The notes under the pieces are model-generated. The model was not told the DNA's origin. It saw nothing but the letters and a program-made list of their open reading frames with translations, and did not search any database. This document shows positions 1 to 9,378 of a DNA stretch of 64,000 nucleotides, in pieces (position 1 is the stretch's first letter; each line of letters opens with the position of its first letter). The position numbers were made by a program, and so were the translations under genes. The DNA is from a virus, in IMG/VR virus record IMGVR_UViG_3300032245_000473, positions 1-64,000 of that record; one strand, 5' to 3'.

Positions 1-123
1 AGTAATTTAGTTCTTGCCGATGGCACTGGATTAGCTTCTAACTATACTGTTGTTAATCCTGTATTTGCTACCACAACCATTACACCTGCACCGCTTACGA
101 TTACTGCTAGCAATGACAGCAAG
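1..123 (+). other. Foreign fragment encoding an MBG/YDG-type adhesin repeat (probable chimeric junction)
   Basis: Frame 1 reads SNLVLADGTGLASNYTVVNPVFATTTITPAPLTITASNDSK, matching the ASNY...ITPAPLTITAxNxSK repeat of large surface adhesins. AT-rich codon usage is unlike the rest of the window, and it is out of frame with the terminase that follows. Confidence 0.65.
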
Positions 124-365
124 TTCTGGTCGTGTACCCGGCCCATTCCAAGGCCCGCCGTACCCGGGTATGGCGGCGGTTCCGGCAGCAGATGATCGAC
201 GTGGAGAAAGTCATGAAAGGCCAGTACCTGCTGGTGCAGGCCCCAGAGGGGGAGCGAGAAGCCCACGATGACTTCGTGGACTCGTTGGCGCTGGCGTGTA
301 TGTGCAGCCAGATTGAGGCCACCCCCACTGTGGAGGTCTACGACTCGCCCTTCTACAGGGGCTAG
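120..365 (+). CDS. terL: Terminase large subunit, C-terminal fragment (5' part missing)
   Basis: C-terminal nuclease motif AHDDFVDSLALA; lies upstream of the portal/capsid genes; open frame begins at about 120 with no credible start. Confidence 0.8.
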   Translation, partial: QVLVVYPAHSKARRTRVWRRFRQQMIDVEKVMKGQYLLVQAPEGEREAHDDFVDSLALACMCSQIEATPTVEVYDSPFYRG

Positions 366-377
366 TGTTGTGTCATG
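363..377 (+). promoter_or_regulatory. Leaderless -10 promoter (TAGTGT-N6-ATG)
   Basis: TANNNT hexamer 6 nt before ATG 375, no Shine-Dalgarno. Confidence 0.5.
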
Positions 378-770
378 ACCGACGGTGATCGCCCCCTGCC
401 CGGAACTCGGGTCTACCCGGCGGCGTCAGATCGGGATTGGTATGACGCTGTGGCAGAACTTGGCCATTCTCAGACAGTCATGTTCGACAGTGTTCATGAA
501 GAAGATGACCTTGATGGTCCTGCGAAGGGCTACGTGGTTCCTCTTTCACTTCGGTCCAGCGACCTCGGTGAATCCGTGACGAGTTACGTGCAGGATATTC
601 TCAAGTTCGGCCATCGCCCGAACGCTGCTTGGCTTCCTACTCACCGAGGCGTACCGATGACTCAGCATTTCAAACCGAAGAACCGGCTTGATGCCGTTCC
701 CGAAGCGGTGTCAAGTTCTCCGCAGTTTCATCGGCTCTACGACATTCAGATACCGGGTCTGGAGGACTGA
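375..770 (+). CDS. Hypothetical protein
   Basis: 131-aa ORF, TGATG overlap with next gene; ends QIPGLED. Confidence 0.65.
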   Translation: MTDGDRPLPGTRVYPAASDRDWYDAVAELGHSQTVMFDSVHEEDDLDGPAKGYVVPLSLRSSDLGESVTSYVQDILKFGHRPNAAWLPTHRGVPMTQHFKPKNRLDAVPEAVSSSPQFHRLYDIQIPGLED

Positions 771-1060
771 TGGACCTATCCCGTGAGGAATACATTCGCG
801 GCGAGATAACCAAGAACCGCATCCGCAAACAGGTGAACCCTGAACCCACTGGGCAGATGGAACTTCCCGGCATTGTCAATGACGAGCCGTTGCCGCTAGG
901 CCCCAATTACCAACTTTCGCCCGAGCAGATGGAGATCAACCGTAAGGGCATGGAAATGGTGCGGGGAATCCTTAGCCGTCGCAAAGCATTCACAGAGGGG
1001 CAGACTCCTGCCCCGTTGACCATTCACCACGAAGGAGAACCGCCCTGCATCGGGTGTTAG
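770..1060 (+). CDS. Hypothetical protein
   Basis: 96-aa coupled ORF containing QMELPGI and a C-terminal CxxC. Confidence 0.65.
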   Translation: MDLSREEYIRGEITKNRIRKQVNPEPTGQMELPGIVNDEPLPLGPNYQLSPEQMEINRKGMEMVRGILSRRKAFTEGQTPAPLTIHHEGEPPCIGC

Positions 1061-1067
1061 GAGAACC

Positions 1068-1859
1068 ATGGAAGCGACTGAATACTTCAACTGGCAGAAA
1101 GCCACCACTGCTCATCCGCTGTACGGAAAGGGACCGTCTCCTGCTCTGATCAGCATTCGTGACTTCTTGATGTCACGATATGGTGGTATCAATCTCGGCA
1201 TTTACGGCGTTCGGGATGTGCGTGGCGGCGGTTCGCTCTCAAGCCACTCTTTCGGTGCTGCCCTTGACTGGCGGTACATGAGCGCCGATCAGACCGGTCT
1301 GGTTGGTCGGGCCAAGATGCTCTATGAAGTTCTGCCCATCCTCATCGACCACAGCAAGGAACTGGGAATCCAGTTGATCGTGGACTACGTCGGATGTCGT
1401 ACGTGGAATGCTTCCCGTAGCGCCGACCAGTACAACGGATGGAAGCCCGCCACCCCGAGCCAGTACGGCGAAGGTCAGCCGTGGGCTGGTTGGCTGCACA
1501 TCGAAGTCAATCCCACCCAGTGGAGCGATGGCGCTTCGGTGGTTCAGAAGTTGGGCGTTGTCCCTCCTCCCGGCACCCCGCCTCTTCCTCCCGTGAACTT
1601 TCCGATGCTCCAGTTTGGGCTTACCGTACTGGTCCCCTTCCCCCAGCGTCCCACTCTCAAACTCGGTTCCACCGGTTCGTGGGTGCAGTTCGTTCAGGCG
1701 GCATGCAAGAAGGACGGATTCGGCATCACCATCGACGGAAACTTCGGCACGCAGACGAAGTTGATCGTCCAGCACTTCCAGACGAAGCATGGTCTTCTCG
1801 CTGACGGAGTCGTCGGCCAGAAGACGTGGCCCGTACTAAATGCGGTCGCTGCTCGCTGA
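1068..1859 (+). CDS. Endolysin: M15-like Zn peptidase plus C-terminal peptidoglycan-binding domain
   Basis: R..RGG..LSSHSFGAALD and WLHIE motifs; Pro-rich linker; LKLGSTG..V..VQ...DGNFG..T...V..FQ..HGL.ADGVVG.KTW PG-binding domain; AGGAG RBS. Confidence 0.85.
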   Translation: MEATEYFNWQKATTAHPLYGKGPSPALISIRDFLMSRYGGINLGIYGVRDVRGGGSLSSHSFGAALDWRYMSADQTGLVGRAKMLYEVLPILIDHSKELGIQLIVDYVGCRTWNASRSADQYNGWKPATPSQYGEGQPWAGWLHIEVNPTQWSDGASVVQKLGVVPPPGTPPLPPVNFPMLQFGLTVLVPFPQRPTLKLGSTGSWVQFVQAACKKDGFGITIDGNFGTQTKLIVQHFQTKHGLLADGVVGQKTWPVLNAVAAR

Positions 1860-1922
1860 TTGACACACTGCGGCACTCCGTACGTGTAACATCGCTATCA
1901 CACCCCTCAGGAGGATTCTGCT

Positions 1923-2288
1923 ATGGCATACCCGCCGCCCGAAGTCCAGTATGAAGGCGCAATCGCCGTCAACAACATCCGTCGTGGTCCGCTCCGCTTT
2001 GAGGAAGGCGTGGCCACTGACACCGACATCCCGGTCGAGTTCGGCCTTGGTGCCTACGGGGACACCGCAGGTGATGCGCGTGGCCGTAGTTTCACCGTCC
2101 GCAAGGACCCGATGCAGACGACCCGTGAGCGGGTCCATGTCGGCTCGGCCACGTGGATTGAGGCTCCCGTCATGCTTCAGGATTTCGTGTACGGCGTGAC
2201 CGCCGCTCACGGTATGCCCGAGTTTGAACTGGAGTACGGCAGCGAGATGCGCCTGTACCGCCCGAACATCGCCTCCGTGCAGGACTGA
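1923..2288 (+). CDS. Hypothetical phage protein
   Basis: 121-aa ORF with strong RBS (AGGAGG); RRGPLRFEEGVATDTDIP motif. Confidence 0.75.
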   Translation: MAYPPPEVQYEGAIAVNNIRRGPLRFEEGVATDTDIPVEFGLGAYGDTAGDARGRSFTVRKDPMQTTRERVHVGSATWIEAPVMLQDFVYGVTAAHGMPEFELEYGSEMRLYRPNIASVQD

Positions 2289-2295
2289 GGTCGCC

Positions 2296-2724
2296 ATGAC
2301 TTTCCCTAATGGTGGACAGCGAGACGAAGGCAACCCCAATCGCAAGGTGGCCCCGGCGTGGGGGACCGGTAGGGGGGAGCCGCCCGACCTGTCGTTCAGG
2401 GGTGCCCAACGTCATAACGAGCGAGCCGCTGCCACTCCCGCAGGAGGTCACTGGACCGAGGGCTTTGTCGGCACTTACCACGGCTCTGACGCAGGTCATT
2501 CGTATTTCTCGGCAGACGCTACCGGTGGTGGATCAACGGATTCTCTTCTGGTCCCTGAGACGGCATGGAAAGGCAGCAAATGGCAGGTCGGTAAATCGTT
2601 TGCTTTCATGCCCCATGAAGGCTCCACAAACGTCAACGAAGGCATGAGCGGGTGGATGTTGAGTGGCGCTGAATCGGACAAGCATTACTCAAACCTCCCC
2701 GGTTTCAAGCCAATAACCAACTGA
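2296..2724 (+). CDS. Hypothetical protein
   Basis: ATG 2296 after GAGG, in frame with the 2224-2724 ORF. Confidence 0.6.
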   Translation: MTFPNGGQRDEGNPNRKVAPAWGTGRGEPPDLSFRGAQRHNERAAATPAGGHWTEGFVGTYHGSDAGHSYFSADATGGGSTDSLLVPETAWKGSKWQVGKSFAFMPHEGSTNVNEGMSGWMLSGAESDKHYSNLPGFKPITN

Positions 2725-2729
2725 AACCC

Positions 2730-3026
2730 TTGTTTCAGCACCCAGCACTCCGAGGCGCAGCCCAGACGCTCAAGCAGTTTCAGACGGCCCCAGCGGGCCG
2801 TCCGGTCAGCAATACGCGTCCTCTCATGCTGCGGTCTACGGATCGGCTGGCGAGTGGGTTCACCTTCCTGAACGACACCCCAGCACCGATTCAGGCCGCA
2901 ATGGACAAGTACATCAAGTCAGCCAGTCTCCCCCCGGGACTGGCCCCCAAGTCTGCTGCCGTTCTGGAGAAACATCGCGCCGCCCAGATCAGCAAGGGCT
3001 GGCGTAATCCGAAAGGTCACTACTAA
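2730..3026 (+). CDS. Hypothetical basic protein
   Basis: 98-aa ORF, TAATG coupling to next gene. Confidence 0.55.
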   Translation: MFQHPALRGAAQTLKQFQTAPAGRPVSNTRPLMLRSTDRLASGFTFLNDTPAPIQAAMDKYIKSASLPPGLAPKSAAVLEKHRAAQISKGWRNPKGHY

Positions 3027-4585
3027 TGGCAACAACCCGTCGTACGCCGTTGATGTGGAATGATCCTGCCCTGACTGGTCATCGGCAGGCTGTTGAAGCG
3101 GCGTTTGCTGACCTCGGTAACGTCCGTTCCAACGCAGCACGTAGTATCTCTGCTCACCAGAAGACCCTTGACGCTGCCGCCGCTGGGAAGGAATTGAAGC
3201 CCAAGACGGTTTCGGACGCTCAAGACAACATTGCTCTTCTGAACCACATGTTGGCCAATAATGTTTTGGTTGACTCCCCGATGACCTTGAACAACATTGC
3301 CAAGCATGCCAACGCTACGTTTGGAAGAGCGGTAGGAGAAGCAAGGGCTATCCACGAAATGACCGGGGTGAAAGTTCCGCCCCGTGGTTCAGCGTGGTAT
3401 TTCAATCACCATGGCGAACTCCTCGCCGCTCAACCGGATACCGGTAACCCGAACATTTCCCGTGAGCGGTTTGCCCTCATGGCGGCAGCAGCCAGCCCTT
3501 CAAACACCCCTGAGCGGGAAAGAATGGTGGCGGCCTCTCTCTCGGAAATGCTTCACCCTGAGCGTGCCCATACTGTGCGGCTTACCCCTCAAGGGGTTCA
3601 GGCGGTCAGTCAGCGCCTTGGTACTCCCACTTCCCTTGCTCCAAACGTGAACCACCCTGTAAGTGGGCTTTCAGCAGCAGAGATTGCAGCGATTGCTTCG
3701 CATGCTGCTGAAGAACATGGCGCTATCAAGGCAGGAACTTTGCCGAGTAGTTCCGCCACGGTGCATTCAACTGGTCCTATTGCATCATCCGGTCTGGCCG
3801 CGCAGCGACAGGTAGAGGTGGCTGCTGGCCTTGCTCTTGGGCACGAAGGCGTGGACCCAATGTCCGAATATGACCCCGTGTCGAAGCCGAAGACGTGGGC
3901 GCACGGCAAGATGACTGGTGAGTCCATCCCCGGTTCCGCCGAACACATTGACTACATGAACATTGCCATGCATCACACCTATGGTGATCCTAATCAAGGA
4001 ATGTTGATGTTTAGCCAATCAGCCCCGGCTGAACGGGCAAGCGGAATTCCTAACGGCACGCAACTTGCGTGGCCCTTGCGGCAGAACGTACCGGTCGCAG
4101 CCGATACATGGTGGCGGGGTATTTCTTCGGGACAGCCTCTGAAGGCCACCCGTCCTGTTGAACTGACTGTGAGAGGCAGTACCGTCAGTAAGAATCAGCC
4201 TTACTCTCCTGCCAAGCGAGTGGCTTCTGACAAGAAAGACCCTGTTGCCCCTGAATGGACTACCAAGGAAGCAATAGGTCTTCCCGAAGACCCAACCATC
4301 AGCCGTGAGGGTCTGATGCATGCCTACATTGACGAAGGAATTCGTCGCGCTGCGGCCAGCCATGGCCCCATTTCATTCAACCAATTCGGCGAAAACATTC
4401 ACATGCCCATCTCTCTCATGCACGAAGTCGGGTGGACACAAGGTCGTGCCGAGGCTGGCGAAGACCCTGATTACAACCGTGATGTGCGCGAGTACGTCAG
4501 CGAGGCCAAGGCTGAGGAAAAGCAGCGAACTGCCCAGCAGAAATTCATGGAAAAAGTACAACTCACCCTGCCGGGAATTGACTGA
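3026..4585 (+). CDS. Large hypothetical protein (possibly DUF7178-like)
   Basis: 519-aa ORF; ordered motifs AWY...AAASP...KPKT...VAADTW...IRRAA...P..LMHEVGW resemble that family (by eye); ends QLTLPGID. Confidence 0.55.
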   Translation: MATTRRTPLMWNDPALTGHRQAVEAAFADLGNVRSNAARSISAHQKTLDAAAAGKELKPKTVSDAQDNIALLNHMLANNVLVDSPMTLNNIAKHANATFGRAVGEARAIHEMTGVKVPPRGSAWYFNHHGELLAAQPDTGNPNISRERFALMAAAASPSNTPERERMVAASLSEMLHPERAHTVRLTPQGVQAVSQRLGTPTSLAPNVNHPVSGLSAAEIAAIASHAAEEHGAIKAGTLPSSSATVHSTGPIASSGLAAQRQVEVAAGLALGHEGVDPMSEYDPVSKPKTWAHGKMTGESIPGSAEHIDYMNIAMHHTYGDPNQGMLMFSQSAPAERASGIPNGTQLAWPLRQNVPVAADTWWRGISSGQPLKATRPVELTVRGSTVSKNQPYSPAKRVASDKKDPVAPEWTTKEAIGLPEDPTISREGLMHAYIDEGIRRAAASHGPISFNQFGENIHMPISLMHEVGWTQGRAEAGEDPDYNRDVREYVSEAKAEEKQRTAQQKFMEKVQLTLPGID

Positions 4586-4588
4586 CCA

Positions 4589-6256
4589 GTGAGCGGCATT
4601 TCCTTTCAGTCTCCGTCATACCGGGCATCGCAGTCCGACCTGACTATTGCCATCAGCCCGTTGGGCTTGGTGGAACTGGCTGACGAGGAATTTGAGGTCC
4701 ACGGTCCTCGCCTGAACCGATACGCCAGTAACTGGGCTTGGTATCTCGGTCATCACTGGGCATACCGTCGTGAGGCTGGCGAGCCGCAGTTGACGTTCAA
4801 CTGGATCAAGGCATTCAGCGATTTCCTTGTCAACTTCTCGTTCGGCAAGGGCGTGAATTTCCACAGTCCTGAGGCCACCTCTGCCATCATTCCGCATGCT
4901 CTAAAGCGGGTATGGGAGATCGACAACAACAAGTCGGCCGTCATCATGGAGATTGGTCAGTTGGGGTCGGTGTCTGGCGATGTGTTCGTCAAGGTCGCAT
5001 GGGAAGAACCGTACGTGGACGCCACCGGCCTTCCCATCGACGGAAAGATTCGCATCCTTCCGCTCAACCCGGCTTTCTGCTTCCCCGAGTTTCACCCTCA
5101 CGACCGGACCCGGCTCATCCGCTTCAAGTTGAAGTACAAGTTCTGGGGCACCGCTGGTGACGGCACTCGTCAGGTATTCACCTATGTGGAACTGATGACC
5201 GAGGACACGATTGAGGAATACATCAACGACGAGTTGATCGACGCCCGACCCAACCCCCTTGGCGAGATTCCCATCGCCTTCTGCCCCAACTTCCCGGTCG
5301 CCAGCAGCCCGTGGGGACTTTCGGACATTCAGGACATCATCGGACTGAACCGTGAGTACAACGAGAAGGCCACGGAAATCTCCGACATCATCAACTATCA
5401 CGCCTCTCCGGTGACAGTGATTATCGGTGCCAAGGCGAGCAACCTTGAGAAGGGTGCCAAGAAAGTTTGGGCCATCGGTAACAAGGACGCCAGCATCCAG
5501 AACTTGGAGTTGCAGACGAACTTCACCGGCCCGCTTGGGTACATGGAACTGCTAAAGCAGGCTATGCACGAACTGACTGGCGTTCCCGGTGGCGCACTCG
5601 GCCAGTTGCAGCCCATCTCCAACACTTCGGGCACAGCCTTGCAGTTGCAGTATCAGCCATTGATGCTGAAGCACGACCGCAAGAAGGTTCAGTACGTGAA
5701 GATGTTTGAACACATCAACACTCTGATCATGAAGCACGCTTTCCTGTATGCCCCGCACCTGACGGAGTACAACCCCTACATCTCTGGTGTGATGCTGAAG
5801 CCCGACCAGTACCCGAAGTTGGACCCCCGGGACCCGCTTTCATACCGGACTTACGTGGACTGGCCGTCGCCCATGCCGATGGACACGCTCATCAAGATCA
5901 ACGAGATTCAGGCAAAGATGGCTATGGGACTGGAATCCAAGCGTGGCGCTTTGCGTGACCTCGGCACGCAGTTTCCCGATCAGAAGATGCAAGAAATCTT
6001 TGAGGAGATCGTGGAGGATGCCAAGGAGCAGGGTGCCCTCGGCCTTATCCAAGCGCAGATTGCTCAATTCACCATGCAGGCAACCGGTATGACCCCAGAT
6101 GGACAGCCGCTGGTGGTGCCGGGACAGGTGGACGAGAATGGTAAGCCGATGGGTCCTGCACCCATGGTCGACCCTGCCCTCGCTCAGGAAATCATGGCAA
6201 GGGCCTACCAGCCAATGCCGCCAGAAGTGGTGGACTTTGAGGCAGGCGACCCGTGA
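4589..6256 (+). CDS. Portal protein (SPP1 gp6-like)
   Basis: 555 aa; PNPLGEIPI...N, WGLSDIQDIIGLNREYN, NTSGTALQLQYQPL motifs; precedes scaffold and capsid. Confidence 0.9.
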   Translation: MSGISFQSPSYRASQSDLTIAISPLGLVELADEEFEVHGPRLNRYASNWAWYLGHHWAYRREAGEPQLTFNWIKAFSDFLVNFSFGKGVNFHSPEATSAIIPHALKRVWEIDNNKSAVIMEIGQLGSVSGDVFVKVAWEEPYVDATGLPIDGKIRILPLNPAFCFPEFHPHDRTRLIRFKLKYKFWGTAGDGTRQVFTYVELMTEDTIEEYINDELIDARPNPLGEIPIAFCPNFPVASSPWGLSDIQDIIGLNREYNEKATEISDIINYHASPVTVIIGAKASNLEKGAKKVWAIGNKDASIQNLELQTNFTGPLGYMELLKQAMHELTGVPGGALGQLQPISNTSGTALQLQYQPLMLKHDRKKVQYVKMFEHINTLIMKHAFLYAPHLTEYNPYISGVMLKPDQYPKLDPRDPLSYRTYVDWPSPMPMDTLIKINEIQAKMAMGLESKRGALRDLGTQFPDQKMQEIFEEIVEDAKEQGALGLIQAQIAQFTMQATGMTPDGQPLVVPGQVDENGKPMGPAPMVDPALAQEIMARAYQPMPPEVVDFEAGDP

Positions 6257-6465
6257 CGACCAACACCCAGCGGTTCAACGGAACTCCACTAAACACCACC
6301 GTCAGCCCATCCCGTTCCGGCTCATCGGCAACGGCAGGACGTGGCAAGGTCATTCCGTCACTGTTTCCGGGCCTAACCGATGCGGACCTTTTGGCTGGAA
6401 AGTACCCCGGGCGGCGTTCCCGTGACGCCGAGACAGAGGCGCGAAGGCGCGGCCTCAAAGGGTAA
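6253..6465 (+). CDS. Small hypothetical protein
   Basis: 70-aa ORF overlapping the portal stop (GTGA). Confidence 0.5.
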   Translation: MTTNTQRFNGTPLNTTVSPSRSGSSATAGRGKVIPSLFPGLTDADLLAGKYPGRRSRDAETEARRRGLKG

Positions 6466-6548
6466 ACGATGTGGGTTTGCGTGTACCCCTGTCACGATGT
6501 GATATAAACACGATTACCGGACAACACACCGATCAAGGAACAGGAACA

Positions 6549-7367
6549 ATGGGAAATCAAGGAGACAACGGCACCGGCTTCATTGTCGGCGCAGACCCCG
6601 CACAGCCGCGTATGGCCAATGACTGGCCGACGCAGAATGCCTCTCAGGCGGTGTCACAGCCCGCAGTGGTTGTGCCCAATGACTACGGTCAGGGAATGCC
6701 GACTGGGCGGTTCTTCACCGAAGAGGACCTGAACAAGGCCCGTCAGCAGGAGAAGGACAAGTTGTACCCCCGCATCGAAAGCATGGACGCCCAGTTGAAG
6801 GCGCTTCAGCAGGAGCGGGAGTCCATGGAGACTGCACGTCAGGCGGAAGCCGACCGTATGGCCGAAGAGGCAAAGAAGAAGGAAGAGGACGCCCTCTCCG
6901 TGCGTGCCCTGCTGGAGAAGAAGGAACGGGAGTGGAATGAACGCTTCCAGACCATCGAACAGCAGCGTGAGCAGGACCGGGCCGTTTTTGAGATGGAGCG
7001 GAAACTGGCTGAGACTGAGCAGTACAAGTTCGCCCGCCTCCAGCAGGAGCAGGAATTCATCCTTCCCGAACTGCGTGATCTGGTGAAGGGCAACGACCCC
7101 ATCCAGATTGACGCCGCCATTGAAGAGATGAAGGCACGCACTAATGCCATCATGGGCAACGTGAGTGCAGTAGTATCACAGCAACAGCAACCGCCGCAGG
7201 TCTATCGTGGGGCTAGCCCTACCGCACCTCCGGTCGGTCCTATGGAACAATTGTCGACTACACAACGGCTTACACCGGATGACATCCGGTCAATGGACAT
7301 CGAGACGTACAAGAAGTATCGGGACAGCCTCTTGGCTTCGGCCAGTCAGCAGTACCGGGGTCGTTGA
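6549..7367 (+). CDS. Capsid scaffolding protein
   Basis: Coiled-coil, E/K/Q-rich; FTEEDLNKARQQEKDKLY and C-terminal DIRSMDIETYKKYR; directly upstream of MCP; ATG 6549 after AGGA. Confidence 0.8.
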   Translation: MGNQGDNGTGFIVGADPAQPRMANDWPTQNASQAVSQPAVVVPNDYGQGMPTGRFFTEEDLNKARQQEKDKLYPRIESMDAQLKALQQERESMETARQAEADRMAEEAKKKEEDALSVRALLEKKEREWNERFQTIEQQREQDRAVFEMERKLAETEQYKFARLQQEQEFILPELRDLVKGNDPIQIDAAIEEMKARTNAIMGNVSAVVSQQQQPPQVYRGASPTAPPVGPMEQLSTTQRLTPDDIRSMDIETYKKYRDSLLASASQQYRGR

Positions 7368-7425
7368 CCCCAAATCCATCCACCGGGGCCTAACCCCCGT
7401 CCCAGCGTCTTGAAGGAGACACAAC

Positions 7426-8736
7426 ATGGCAGTCGGAGACGGCCTCGGAGGCCAACTTCCCAACACTTCCGGTATCACGGGCACCACCCGTGTCGGTACC
7501 GGCGGTGCCAACAGTCAGTACACCGCAGCGGTCGGCTATAACGCCAGTACCGGCTTCGATGGCACTGGCGTCGGCAACTCGGCAGGTATCACCACCGGCA
7601 CCAGCATGATGGGTCCGGCGATCCAGACCATCTGGTCGAAGGAAATCCTGTTCCAGTCGATGCCCGTTCTGCGGTTTGAGCAGTTCGCTGTGAAGAAGAC
7701 GGAACTGGGCGTCATGCCCGGTTTGGTCGTCAACTTCATGCGATACAACAACCTGCCGGTCCCGGCGGGTCCGCTGGTGGAAGGCATCCGCATGCGGACG
7801 CACGCCATCACGGCAAACCAGTACAGCATCACCGTGCAGGAGCAGGGCTTCGGCGTGGCAGTCTCGGAACTGCTGCTCAATGCCTCGTTCGATGACGTGA
7901 TGGCCTCGGCCAGCCGTCTGCTCGGTCGCAACATGGCCCTGTACATGGACACGCAGGCTCGCCAGACGCTCCAGCGTGCGTCGTCGGTGGTGTTCGGTCG
8001 TCAGAAGCCGACCGCCATCAACACCGGCTACGGCGTGTACGAGCCGGGCACGGCTGCTACGACGGTTGCTGCGGTGACCGGCGGCACCGACTACTACCTC
8101 CACCCGCACTCGGTGAAGGACGCTGTCGAGGTGCTGTCCAGCAAGAACATCCCGCGCCTTGGCGAGACGTACGTCGCCTTCATTCACCCGCACCAGTCGC
8201 GTCGTCTGCGTGACACCCCCGAGTGGATCGAAGTCACGAAGTACGCCGCCCCCGGCAACTTCATGCTCGGTGAGATCGGTCGCCTTGGCGATGTGGTGTT
8301 CATCGAAACCACGCAGATCGGCGCACCGCTCGCTACCACCATGGATACCGATGACTCGGCCACCCTCCCCGGTGGTAAGACGGTGGAGCCGAGCCAGACC
8401 AACCCCGATTTCCGTACTGACGTGACCGGTACGGCTACGGATGGTTCGGACATCACCCAAGTCCCCGCAGCGTGGCAGGACGGTCGTGCCGACGCCCTCA
8501 CTGGTGTCGACGGTGTGGCCACCCCCGGCTGGGGTCAGGCGTGGGTGCCGAGTGGCACGGCCTACGAGGCCATCATGCTCGGTGACAACGCCTTCGGTCA
8601 GGCTGTGAGCCTCCCGGTGGAACTCCGTGACGGTGGCGTGCTGGACTTCGGTCGTGAGCATGCCCTCGCTTGGTACTCCATCTGGGGCTGGGGCCTCATC
8701 ACCGAGTCGGCGGTCTGCAAGATCGTCACCAACTGA
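7426..8736 (+). CDS. Major capsid protein (N4-gp56 family)
   Basis: IWSKEILFQSMPVLRFEQFA, YVAFIHP, GEIGRL..VVFIETT, DFGREHALAWY motifs; strong RBS AAGGAG; strong codon bias. Confidence 0.92.
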   Translation: MAVGDGLGGQLPNTSGITGTTRVGTGGANSQYTAAVGYNASTGFDGTGVGNSAGITTGTSMMGPAIQTIWSKEILFQSMPVLRFEQFAVKKTELGVMPGLVVNFMRYNNLPVPAGPLVEGIRMRTHAITANQYSITVQEQGFGVAVSELLLNASFDDVMASASRLLGRNMALYMDTQARQTLQRASSVVFGRQKPTAINTGYGVYEPGTAATTVAAVTGGTDYYLHPHSVKDAVEVLSSKNIPRLGETYVAFIHPHQSRRLRDTPEWIEVTKYAAPGNFMLGEIGRLGDVVFIETTQIGAPLATTMDTDDSATLPGGKTVEPSQTNPDFRTDVTGTATDGSDITQVPAAWQDGRADALTGVDGVATPGWGQAWVPSGTAYEAIMLGDNAFGQAVSLPVELRDGGVLDFGREHALAWYSIWGWGLITESAVCKIVTN

Positions 8737-8755
8737 GCACCGCTCATCGGAATTG

Positions 8756-8790
8756 GGTGGGGGGTTTCGGCCCCCCACCTCTTCGATCTT
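8756..8790 (+). terminator. Intrinsic terminator after MCP
   Basis: GGTGGGGGG-tTTCGg-CCCCCCACC stem with UUCG-type loop, followed by TCTTCGATCTT. Confidence 0.7.
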
Positions 8791-8808
8791 CTCAAGGAGA
8801 ACCCCCGT

Positions 8809-9012
8809 ATGAGCATTGTTGCAGTCCATGGCCCCACCACTTGGGGTGACCCCACTGACCAAGCCAATGACCCTATTGGCATGGCTACCGCTGGCGCTTC
8901 GGTCGGTACGGCATATGATGCCACCACGACTAGCACCGGCACTGCGGCTCTTGCCGTGATAGCGTCGGCCTCGTCTGAGGCGCTCCAGCCCACCCGAGTT
9001 ACGGGCTACTGA
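8809..9012 (+). CDS. Small Ala/Thr-rich protein (possible capsid accessory)
   Basis: 67 aa, AAGGAG RBS, follows MCP. Confidence 0.6.
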   Translation: MSIVAVHGPTTWGDPTDQANDPIGMATAGASVGTAYDATTTSTGTAALAVIASASSEALQPTRVTGY

Positions 9013-9018
9013 CGCACC

Positions 9019-9039
9019 CGTCACCGTGCTACGGTGACG
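9019..9039. promoter_or_regulatory. Intergenic inverted repeat overlapping a TACGGT -10-like box
   Basis: CGTCACCGT-GCT-ACGGTGACG. Confidence 0.4.
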
Positions 9040-9067
9040 CACCGATACACACGAAGGAGAACACATC

Positions 9068-9337
9068 GTGGCAAAGAGCCAGACCCCAGAAGACAACGAA
9101 GTCACCACCATGGCCGACCTCATGGGCAATTCCCGTGAGATCGTCGTGGACAGCATCACCGAGGTTCCCGATAGCGGACCCCGTTCGGATATGCAGATCA
9201 TCCGCATGAACACCACGCTGGATGACTTCACGTACGGCAACCCCCACGTGCATTACAAGTTGGAGGCGGGAAAGCGGTACCGCATGCCTCGCCACATCGC
9301 CAGTTACTTGGACGGTCTCGGCTACGTTTGGCACTGA
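9068..9337 (+). CDS. Hypothetical head-region protein
   Basis: 89 aa, AAGGAG RBS. Confidence 0.7.
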   Translation: MAKSQTPEDNEVTTMADLMGNSREIVVDSITEVPDSGPRSDMQIIRMNTTLDDFTYGNPHVHYKLEAGKRYRMPRHIASYLDGLGYVWH

Positions 9338-9378
9338 GGCTCTAACCGGCCTATCAAACGCAGGAGAGTGAGAAGTCG

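Noticed and set aside
8325-8560. Acidic ~75-aa insertion in the major capsid protein as a possible intein
   Set aside because: No N-terminal C/S or C-terminal HN splice motifs, and too short; more likely a variable surface loop.
7390-9240. 616-aa ORF on the minus strand opposite the major capsid gene
   Set aside because: Shadow ORF caused by strong GC3 codon bias of MCP; no recognisable motifs. The same applies to the long antisense ORFs over the sheath, tube, baseplate J, SSB and polymerase genes.
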